Shown here one piece after another: positions 28,437 to 36,606 of a stretch of DNA of 64,000 bases; the stretch's first letter is position 1; every line of letters starts with the position of its first letter. The notes beneath the pieces were generated by a model, which was not told the origin of the DNA, did not search any database, and saw only the letters and a list, made by a program, of their open reading frames with translations. The stretch spans positions 448,001 to 512,000 of the forward strand of contig JBEKVV010000002.1 of the NCBI GenBank assembly GCA_049513715.1. Direction: 5' to 3'. This DNA is from Candidatus Bathyarchaeia archaeon (GTDB lineage Archaea > Thermoproteota > Bathyarchaeia > 40CM-2-53-6). The position numbers were made by a program, and so were the translations under genes.

Positions 28437-29861
28437 ATGGTCTTCCTAGGTGAAATCGTCACAAAGAAGGCTCAAATAACATTGAAACTTGGAACTGTCA
28501 TCGCTGCTTGTCTGTTGCTCGGAATATTGGTTGGCCTACCCACCGCCCACGCGTCGGCAGATGTGGAAGCTAGGCTTACCCTTGCCATCGACTGGATTAG
28601 TGGGCAGCAAGTCTCAAGCCTTCAGTACGTCGGTTTCGCTAGGGGCACAGACGCCGAGACAGATCACACCGTCTACTCATCGGATCAAGCACTAATCGCC
28701 TTAGCGTTGAGCGACTATCACACCAACCATAACGACGCTCAGTATGACAATATGCTGCACGCGGCCGCAACATTTCTGAGTTCAGCCCGCACCTCGACAG
28801 GAGACTTCTATGAGTACTATGACATGAAACGTGGGAGTTGGGTTCATTTGGGTGATTTTGATTCATGGGAGGTATATGCAATAGCAGGACTAGCGACATC
28901 AGCCTACAAAATCGTATTGAAAGACAGCGGTCAACGCGCATACTGGCTTTCCATCGAAAGCCGATTGAAGAATACTGTCAATGTTTTTCTCCAGCACCAA
29001 AGAAGCGATGGTGCTTGGGTGTTCCAAACTAGGCCAGGCTACTACGAGGCACCGACGAGGGAGAATGCTATCTTGTTGACGGGCCTTCTCTACTTGGGTT
29101 TGTTTGAACGCAATTGGGGAAGCATCCAGCAAGCCACGTTCTACGGACAGCTATCACAGCGAACGGCCCGATGGCTCTTCTCGACTCAAAACGTAACCGC
29201 CGGACCATTGTTCGGTGGGTTCCCAACGTCTGATTTGAATTCAACCCAGACCTCAGAAACCAACGGCCAAGTACTTCTGGGCGTGGACACATACTACACG
29301 ATAATCGGTGTGCTTCTTTCGCAGCCGTCGCCCAACTTGTACGATGCGAGGAGAGTGATGAGTGGGTGGATTTATGGTTACGCGGAAGAAATGCGTGACG
29401 CCTACGGTGGACCCTTCGATGGTCGAACGGCAACTGCAATTCTTCAATACCCGAAGACAACGCTCGCAGCAATTTGGATGCTGCAAGCTCTGGCGGACAT
29501 TTGGATAAACCTCGGCGGCGATGAATTCTTCGGCGTTTCACAACATGCCTATGATTGGATCGTGGGCAATAACGAGCTTCAACTAGACATGCAGGGCGCG
29601 GCGAATGCAGCTGGCACAACCGGAGGTTTCTACACCTCGATAAGCGGTGGTGGGGTCGATAAAACTGCGAGCACTGAGACTACGGCCGCAGGGGTCTATG
29701 GGATTGGTAGAGCGGCTTTCACTCATGTCCCAGAATTCCCCGTCGCTGAAGCACTGCTACTGTTCATAGTGCTGGTCGGAGTACTGGCTATTGTTGAGCG
29801 AAGCGGCGGACGCAGATCTAGGAAACCGAACAGTCATTGCGCGGATGAGTTCTTGGCTTAG
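28437..29861 (+). CDS. Secreted alpha/alpha-toroid-like protein with PEF-CTERM sorting signal
   Basis: Signal peptide; QRSDGAW and Q....GGFP QW-like motifs; VPEFP-TM-RRSRK (VPEF at 29727-29738). Confidence 0.75.
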   Translation: MVFLGEIVTKKAQITLKLGTVIAACLLLGILVGLPTAHASADVEARLTLAIDWISGQQVSSLQYVGFARGTDAETDHTVYSSDQALIALALSDYHTNHNDAQYDNMLHAAATFLSSARTSTGDFYEYYDMKRGSWVHLGDFDSWEVYAIAGLATSAYKIVLKDSGQRAYWLSIESRLKNTVNVFLQHQRSDGAWVFQTRPGYYEAPTRENAILLTGLLYLGLFERNWGSIQQATFYGQLSQRTARWLFSTQNVTAGPLFGGFPTSDLNSTQTSETNGQVLLGVDTYYTIIGVLLSQPSPNLYDARRVMSGWIYGYAEEMRDAYGGPFDGRTATAILQYPKTTLAAIWMLQALADIWINLGGDEFFGVSQHAYDWIVGNNELQLDMQGAANAAGTTGGFYTSISGGGVDKTASTETTAAGVYGIGRAAFTHVPEFPVAEALLLFIVLVGVLAIVERSGGRRSRKPNSHCADEFLA

Positions 29862-30331
29862 GCGGGAATCTTTCGTTTAACCGCGCGTTTCGCTACTAGT
29901 GTTGCCGCAATTGCGAAGATCATCAGCGCCGAGAGCATTTGAGCTGGGAACTCGGGTACTGGGACATGCGACTCTTCCAAAAAGAAGTTAATACTACTCA
30001 CGGAGCCGTCCGAAACGGCCACCGAGGAACTCTGCGGCTGGTAACCTTGCACGTAAACACTCACGTTGTAAACTCCGCCGGGCACATACATGCCGTATTG
30101 GCCGCCTCCGCCGCTGGAGGTTGTGAGTTGAATTTGCTGATTGGCTGCAGTCACTTGTGCCCAGGATATTGTTCGAAGGTCGTTGTACATCGTGTACCCA
30201 TATACCGTGCCCTCGATGCGACCTCCGGCCTGGGTAGGATTGTTGTGGCTTTGTGCGGAAACGTTACTTGCCCCCACAAATAGTAGGGCGACGACAATGG
30301 CGATTGCGATCATGTAGGGTAGCAGCCTCAT
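29858..30331 (-). CDS. Small secreted carboxypeptidase-regulatory-like beta-sandwich protein with PEF-CTERM
   Basis: Signal peptide; GRIEGTV...G.Y...VPGG.YNV....GY; VPVPEFP-TM-KRAVKRK. Confidence 0.85.
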   Translation of the reverse strand: MRLLPYMIAIAIVVALLFVGASNVSAQSHNNPTQAGGRIEGTVYGYTMYNDLRTISWAQVTAANQQIQLTTSSGGGGQYGMYVPGGVYNVSVYVQGYQPQSSSVAVSDGSVSSINFFLEESHVPVPEFPAQMLSALMIFAIAATLVAKRAVKRKIPA

Positions 30332-30554
30332 GGGTTATCGTTAGTTCTGAGTGGCGAATGGGCATTAAAGGTTGTTGTGTGTTCTCCACATTTTCTCATG
30401 TCTCTATTCATTCTACCTGATTGTGTAGCTACAATTCACATGGTTAACGAAACGCGTTTCGCAGACGTGCCCTTAGCGAGTTAGCCTCTCTCGGAGGACA
30501 GTTAACCGCACATGAATAGCGCAAACGTGCCGCCGGCCCATCTTACGGGATTTA

Positions 30555-32909
30555 ATGGTCGCAGTGGGGAAGGTAAATCACTCGAAGTTGAAGCAGGCGG
30601 TTATGAAACGAGTCGGGACTTTGATGAAAGAAACCGCAAGAATGCTGGCTCTTCTTCTATTCGCCACCATACTGCTCACACCGCTCATTGCAGGGGCTGT
30701 TGCTGGTCAGCCACGGCCTAACAACTCCGTGGCTGCCTCTACATCTTCAGAGTCAAACAAAGTCCCGGACTTCTATGCCCAGGGAACAAGTGGGCTATAC
30801 ACCTTGGAGATCTCACCGAAGGGTGGCTACTTGAAGGGTAGCGGGCCAACGATTAACTTCATTCCGTGGCGGTATGTTACAACTCAATGGTCCCTCGGCA
30901 CGGTGTACGTCATATTCCTGGTCAACGTGACGAACACGAACTTCTACATCGGTTACCTGTACCTGACCAATTCATCGTCGCCGTTCATTCTGCGCACCTT
31001 CCAGTACCAGGGCGCAGTGTTGAGTACCTTGACGTTCGACGGCATTCAATACGTATTCTCTAGGATGGTGCCTACTTCCTCGGTCCCTATGCCAAAGTTG
31101 TCAATCGATCCCCGGCCTCAAAGTGCCAATGTTCTTTCGGCGATTGGCCCGGAAATCTACTTGAACGGCAACTCCGGAACAGTGGTTAATGATACTACAA
31201 GGTTGAAGCTGTACCCGTTATTGGACCAATTGTTTCAAGGCGCAAATGCCTACAATGAGCTTTGGTCATTGCTGACTGATGATTTCGGCAACTACTATTT
31301 CTCCATCCTCTACTTCCAGAACGGTGATTCTCACCACATCATAATCGAACACCGCTTACGATTGAACGATTACATGCGCTTGGACGGGGCAACTTTCGAT
31401 GCCAACTGGACTACTACGCCCTTCACTGACAAGATGACGGTTCGATTGCCAAGTGCCAACTCGGTGGTTAACGTCGATGGTTTTCCATTCTTGGCGGACG
31501 CTAGGGGTTTAATGTCGGCCCTTTTGCCTCAAGGCCCGACCACCGTAGCCGTTTCGGATGAAATCACGCCGACACCTGACACTAGGCTTCACTTCTCGTC
31601 TTGGAGCAACCACGAAGCCGTTAATCCTCTCACGGTGCAATTGAACGGCCCCCTCGACTTGACTGCCAACTTCGCCACACAGTACCTGCTAGGCATAGAC
31701 AGTGAATACGGTGGGGTGCAAGGTGGAGGGTGGTATGGCAAAGGTTCAGTGGCTAACTTCTCCGCGACTGACATGATCACATCCGATAATGGAACCAGAC
31801 GTGTGCTCCTTTCGTGGAGCGGAGACTTCTCTTCCACTTCAACTCAAGGCACGCTCACCATGAATGCACCTAAACACATAACTGCGAACTGGAAGACCCA
31901 ATATGAAATGCAAATTCAGCTCGTCGGCGTTCCACCAAACGCCTCTGCTCAAGTCGTTGTGAACGACCAAGAACAAGTGATACAATCCTCTCAACCAACG
32001 AAATTATGGACTGACGCAAATTCGCAGCTAGGCATACAAGTCGTAACAACCCAAATTCTAGGAAACAGTGTAAATTACAATTTCACCGAATTACGTCTTG
32101 ACGGAAACGCCCCTGGACTGAACATCGACGTAAGCAAACCTCTTACAATCTCGGTCGTCTATTCCGATGTTCCCAAAGCCGCGTCGAGCATTGATCTGAA
32201 AGTGAACCCGACAATAGGAGTTCCAGGTTACCCACTGACAATAAGTGGGTCACTCACCTCGGCAGCACAACCTTCGACAATAAGCCTATCGTATGGTTCT
32301 GATAATGTGAACTGGCAGCCCCTAGCTGATGTTAGCGTAGGTACGGATGGACGATTTGCGTACACGTGGACCCCGGGTACCTCTGGTAATTATTCCGTTA
32401 GAGCCTACTTCCAAGGCGACGTAAATCACGCGCCAACTTCCAGAATAGTGTCCGTTCAAATCAAAGACTCAGCTCTACCATCCGTCGAAGATTCATTCAA
32501 CATACCCGCGCTCGCAAAGAGCATTCCTTTTGCTTCAACGGCTTTCGCGTTTGCGGGCTCCTTTATGACCATTGGTGCAGCAGTAGGAGTCCTGCTTCTG
32601 CCAAGTGCGTCTCCGACATTGGGCTACCTGATAGGAAGTTTAATCGTAGGTTTCGTTTTTGTTTTCCCGTTTTCAGCGGTTGTGCTCGCGGTCAAAGCTG
32701 CTAGAAGCAAACGAGGCCCACGTAGTGTCAGTCTAATCCCTCTGTTCCTTGTCTGGGTTTCGACCTTGGCGATAATGGTGACGAAGGGTTCCTCGGTCGC
32801 TTCATCAGGGTTGCTGCTACACGTCACGGCTTTGACGCTGATAATTAGCAATGCGTTGCTATTTCCGCTTGCATTTAGTGTTCTCCTAGCAAAATACGTT
32901 GCCACTTAG
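30555..32909 (+). CDS. Large surface protein with InlB-B-like repeats, Ig-like domain and multi-TM C-terminus (start probably ~30623-30641)
   Basis: Signal peptide; TQYLL.IDSEYG...GGGWY..GS, SWSGD...MNAPK.ITANWKTQY; Ig-like DG.F.YTW.P...G.Y.VRA.F.GD; ~4 terminal TMs. Confidence 0.8.
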   Translation: MVAVGKVNHSKLKQAVMKRVGTLMKETARMLALLLFATILLTPLIAGAVAGQPRPNNSVAASTSSESNKVPDFYAQGTSGLYTLEISPKGGYLKGSGPTINFIPWRYVTTQWSLGTVYVIFLVNVTNTNFYIGYLYLTNSSSPFILRTFQYQGAVLSTLTFDGIQYVFSRMVPTSSVPMPKLSIDPRPQSANVLSAIGPEIYLNGNSGTVVNDTTRLKLYPLLDQLFQGANAYNELWSLLTDDFGNYYFSILYFQNGDSHHIIIEHRLRLNDYMRLDGATFDANWTTTPFTDKMTVRLPSANSVVNVDGFPFLADARGLMSALLPQGPTTVAVSDEITPTPDTRLHFSSWSNHEAVNPLTVQLNGPLDLTANFATQYLLGIDSEYGGVQGGGWYGKGSVANFSATDMITSDNGTRRVLLSWSGDFSSTSTQGTLTMNAPKHITANWKTQYEMQIQLVGVPPNASAQVVVNDQEQVIQSSQPTKLWTDANSQLGIQVVTTQILGNSVNYNFTELRLDGNAPGLNIDVSKPLTISVVYSDVPKAASSIDLKVNPTIGVPGYPLTISGSLTSAAQPSTISLSYGSDNVNWQPLADVSVGTDGRFAYTWTPGTSGNYSVRAYFQGDVNHAPTSRIVSVQIKDSALPSVEDSFNIPALAKSIPFASTAFAFAGSFMTIGAAVGVLLLPSASPTLGYLIGSLIVGFVFVFPFSAVVLAVKAARSKRGPRSVSLIPLFLVWVSTLAIMVTKGSSVASSGLLLHVTALTLIISNALLFPLAFSVLLAKYVAT

Positions 32910-33096
32910 AGAGACGAGTGTCTCTACACAATGTCAGAGTTCTGTCGCTGACGATAGATGAGACTAACGTTGCGGGATTAGTGTTAATCGTCAAGTTTGG
33001 GTCCTCGTACTCGTGCACTTCGACGTGCGTCTAAACACTTTATGAAAACTCGTCGAATCTCGCCTTGTCTTCAGACTCACGCAACTTGGATCCTTT

Positions 33097-36000
33097 GTGG
33101 CGAGAAATCAGATGCGAAGCTTTCCATCGAAAAACAGCGTACTGCCTCTCCTTCTGCTGACTATCCTAACCCTAGGCCCCGCAATCCTCGCGCCCTTAAC
33201 GATGCGGGCCAGCCCTGGTCCCACAGTGTATTACGCGGACTCTCTTACGATGCCACTGCCCGCAACCCCACTGCCCTCGCCAGGCTCCACGCCACTCTCG
33301 CCAATATCAGGGATCGTCAAGGTGCTCGTAATTGCCGTGGAATTCTCCGACGTCAACCACACCAAGAGTATCGACCAGATCAAACAAGCCTACTTTGGCA
33401 CATTGTCCGCGTACTATGCGGCTGTTTCGTATGGAACGGTGTCAGTGCAGGGCGATGTCGTTGGTTGGTACCGCTTGCCCCATCCGATGGCGTACTATGG
33501 CAGGGATTGCACTTCAGTCGATGATTCCGACTGCAGTGGCCAGTTGACCTCGTGGTGGTTAGCAAGAGATGCAGTCAACGTCATGAACCGAGACCCAAAC
33601 GTGAACGTCAACAACTATGACTACTTCGTCTTCTTACACTCAGGGATCGGAGAAGAATCCAGTCACAACAAGGACACTGTCTGGTCAGTCGCATACCTCG
33701 CCGGAGTCTGGCTGCAGACAAAAGGGAAGTCGATCAGCTCCTTCGACCTCGTTCCAGAATTGGAGGACCAGGGCGCAATTCCCAATGGTGTGTACACGCA
33801 CGAATTCGGCCACCTACTCGGCCTTCCAGACCTCTATAACATATTCAACGGCCAAACGGTTCTCGGCCAATGGGCACTCATGGACAAGGGCCTATGGAAC
33901 GGCAACCCACCCGGATCCAGCCCAGCATGGATGGAGGCTTGGAGCCGAATGAAACTTGGATGGTTGAATGGAACCCGCTTGACGGTCGCACAAGATGGCG
34001 CTCTCGCAAGCTATACGGTTGACGCGGCCGAACTTCAAACGACCACTCTTCATGCGGTAGAAATTCCGATTACGACCACAACATACTACCTAGTCGAAGT
34101 TAGAGAGCGTATCGGGTTCGACCAGGCGCTTCCTTCAACAGGGGTCCTAATTCTCTACGTAGCCAGCGGCGGAACTACTAGAACCAACCAAGGTTCAACC
34201 AAAGTCACAATCATGAACGCTCATCCCAGTGTTCCTGGGCTGCAAAATGCGACTTGGAGTGTTGGGCAGGTTTTCACGGACACGAAGAACGACATAGCTG
34301 TCGCGGTAAATGGCGAAGTGGGCAACTCTTTCCAGATCACAGTAAACCGCCTAGGACCATTGCCAGACCTCGCCGTCTCGAAGATTTACACTCAACCAAC
34401 AACACTCACCCCGAACACTACTGTAACCATCCTTGTGGACATCAACAACCAAGGATCAGCGGCCGCGACCAATGTTCCAGTCCAGGTCTTCATCGACAAT
34501 CAACCTTTCGCAAACAAAATTGTAAGCCTTCAGCCAGGCGGGGCAACTGAGATTTCGCTAGCCTGGAACGCTCTCGCGGGCAGTCACATTCTCAAAGTCA
34601 TCATAGATCCCTATAATTCATTGAATGAGTTGAGCAGGGCGAATAATGTCGCCACGTACACTCTCAATGTCGGCGCCGAATCGCTGCCTGACTTCGCTGT
34701 GTCGAAGATCTACACTCAACCAACAAACGTGGACCCGAACACCACCGTGACAATCCTCGTCGATATTGTCAACCAAGGTACAGCAGCAGGAACGAACGTT
34801 TCCGTTCAGGTCTTCTTGGATAATCAGACCCTTGCGAATCAGATATTGACTCTTCAAGCGGGTGGAAGCACGGAAATCTCCTTGACGTGGAATGCTACGA
34901 CTGGAGGTCATCTGGTCAAAGTCGTTATTGATCCAGACAATGCGTTGACTGAGTTGAACAAAGCGAATAATGTGGCCACATACACGCTGAACGTGGGTCC
35001 CACAGCGATCATCACGGTTCCATTAGATGTTGGAGCCAGCAACGCGAGCGCCTGGGTTCAGATCAATGGTGTGAAGTACATGCCCAACAACTCATCTCAA
35101 GTAGTAGCGACCGTCGCAGTGGGGCCGGTCACAGTCGAAGTGGAACCCGCACTATACACTTCAAACGAGACCCGGCAAGCATTCGCGAATTGGTCGGATG
35201 GCAACCAGCAGAACCCGAGACAAGTGAACATAACCGCTAACACGCAATTGGGCGCCAAGTACCAAGCACAATATCTGCTGTCAATAAACAGGAACGGCGG
35301 AACCACATCGCCAGGGGGTTGGAACAATGCTAACAGCGCGGTTACCGTGGCTGCGAGTTCACCTAGCAACGTGACCGAACAGGCCTCCAGGCTAATGTTC
35401 AATGGTTGGTCTGGAGACATAAGCGCCTCATCCACTTCAATTACGTTGAATATGACGAAACCTGAAACCTTGACCGCAAACTGGAAGCAACAATACTACG
35501 TCAGCATAATTTCGCCCGTTGGTTCCGTGTCTGGTAGCGGTTGGTACGATGCCGGAACGCCTGCAACCATATCCCTACGATCGGCATTGGTCCAACAGAA
35601 CAACGTGCGCCAAGTGTTCGCAGGCTGGAGTGGCGGTACTGACAATCAGACCACCACTAAAACAATCGTAGTCAACGCCCCGACAATTCTGCAAGCGAAT
35701 TGGAAGACACAGTACCTCGTCCAAGTGCAATCGTCCTATGGAAATCCGACGGGCTCAGGCTGGTATGATGCTGGCAGTCAAGTACCGATTTCAGTGAGTT
35801 CGATGGTGGACTTCGGCAACAACACGCGAATAGTTTTCGATGGTTGGGAAGGCGACTACACCGGAACTGATGCGACGACAACTCTTACCGCAGATTCGCC
35901 CAAAACTCTGGACGCTCAGTGGACGACACAATACAGAGTCACGCTCAGAGTTGGCGGAGTTTCAAACGCAACAATGGCGAAACTACTCATCAACGATACC

Positions 36001-36309
36001 TACCATGACATCTCCATGAGCAACAGTTACCAAGCATGGGTCAACCGCGGCGTAGAAATCAACCCATCGATAAACGAGACATTGGGAGATGGATTCATGC
36101 AGGTCAAATTCAACGGCTGGAACAACGCAACAGGCGGCTTGGTTACTCCACCTTTCACCGTGAACGGCCCCGTGGACTACACTGCTTCATACCAGCAAGC
36201 GTTCCCATCCCTCGCAATTCCCGGGTTCCCAATAGAATCCGTACTGGCCGGGATTCTCATCGGCTTCATGGCCCTGGCGCTGCTTAGACGCCGAAAGAGA
36301 TCGAACTGA
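33097..36309 (+). CDS. M6 (immune inhibitor A-like) metalloprotease with 2 CARDB domains, InlB-B-like repeats and a PGF-CTERM-like signal
   Basis: VLVIAVEFSD, HSGIGEE, HEFGHLLGLPDLY, WALMDKG.WNG, WSR.KLGW; IPGFP-TM-RRRKR (IPGF at 36217-36228). Confidence 0.92.
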   Translation: MARNQMRSFPSKNSVLPLLLLTILTLGPAILAPLTMRASPGPTVYYADSLTMPLPATPLPSPGSTPLSPISGIVKVLVIAVEFSDVNHTKSIDQIKQAYFGTLSAYYAAVSYGTVSVQGDVVGWYRLPHPMAYYGRDCTSVDDSDCSGQLTSWWLARDAVNVMNRDPNVNVNNYDYFVFLHSGIGEESSHNKDTVWSVAYLAGVWLQTKGKSISSFDLVPELEDQGAIPNGVYTHEFGHLLGLPDLYNIFNGQTVLGQWALMDKGLWNGNPPGSSPAWMEAWSRMKLGWLNGTRLTVAQDGALASYTVDAAELQTTTLHAVEIPITTTTYYLVEVRERIGFDQALPSTGVLILYVASGGTTRTNQGSTKVTIMNAHPSVPGLQNATWSVGQVFTDTKNDIAVAVNGEVGNSFQITVNRLGPLPDLAVSKIYTQPTTLTPNTTVTILVDINNQGSAAATNVPVQVFIDNQPFANKIVSLQPGGATEISLAWNALAGSHILKVIIDPYNSLNELSRANNVATYTLNVGAESLPDFAVSKIYTQPTNVDPNTTVTILVDIVNQGTAAGTNVSVQVFLDNQTLANQILTLQAGGSTEISLTWNATTGGHLVKVVIDPDNALTELNKANNVATYTLNVGPTAIITVPLDVGASNASAWVQINGVKYMPNNSSQVVATVAVGPVTVEVEPALYTSNETRQAFANWSDGNQQNPRQVNITANTQLGAKYQAQYLLSINRNGGTTSPGGWNNANSAVTVAASSPSNVTEQASRLMFNGWSGDISASSTSITLNMTKPETLTANWKQQYYVSIISPVGSVSGSGWYDAGTPATISLRSALVQQNNVRQVFAGWSGGTDNQTTTKTIVVNAPTILQANWKTQYLVQVQSSYGNPTGSGWYDAGSQVPISVSSMVDFGNNTRIVFDGWEGDYTGTDATTTLTADSPKTLDAQWTTQYRVTLRVGGVSNATMAKLLINDTYHDISMSNSYQAWVNRGVEINPSINETLGDGFMQVKFNGWNNATGGLVTPPFTVNGPVDYTASYQQAFPSLAIPGFPIESVLAGILIGFMALALLRRRKRSN
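34360..34998 (+). repeat. Tandem intragenic duplication of a CARDB domain (period 324 nt)
   Basis: LPDLAVSKIYTQPT...NNVATYTLNVG (34360-34674) and LPDFAVSKIYTQPT...NNVATYTLNVG (34684-34998), similar at the DNA level too. Confidence 0.9.
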
Positions 36310-36498
36310 CAAACCAGCTTGGATTGTTCAACGTGCTTCCGAGCAGTGAACTTTTGATTGGAGTTTTCATAGGCCGAGAATCATGACCTGATCCACCCAG
36401 AATGCGCCCGTTCTATCCATAAGAGACATCTCAGAACGTTGATTTCGAATTGCACCGCGAAAGAGTGTTTTTTCGAGTATTTGGCTTGATTTTTGATA

Positions 36499-36596
36499 TA
36501 TCCGCTTCCGAGTTATCCGCTTAAATGGCATTCTTGGGCTTGGGGGATTCGTATGCGCGCCTCGAAAGGGGCACGTATAATAACTGAATTAGGGAG
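36499..36596 (+). promoter_or_regulatory. Promoter/5'-UTR of the large PEF-CTERM gene: direct repeats, TATA-like box, GAAA-tetraloop hairpin, RBS
   Basis: TATCCGCTT at 36499 and 36514; CTTAAAT 36520-36526; stem-loop 36552-36579; AGGGAG 36591-36596 before TTG 36607. Confidence 0.6.
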
Positions 36597-36606
36597 AAAT
36601 TAAAAA

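Noticed and set aside
32997..33524. 175-aa alternate-frame ORF
   Set aside because: Overlaps the M6 protease on the same strand and has no recognisable motif.
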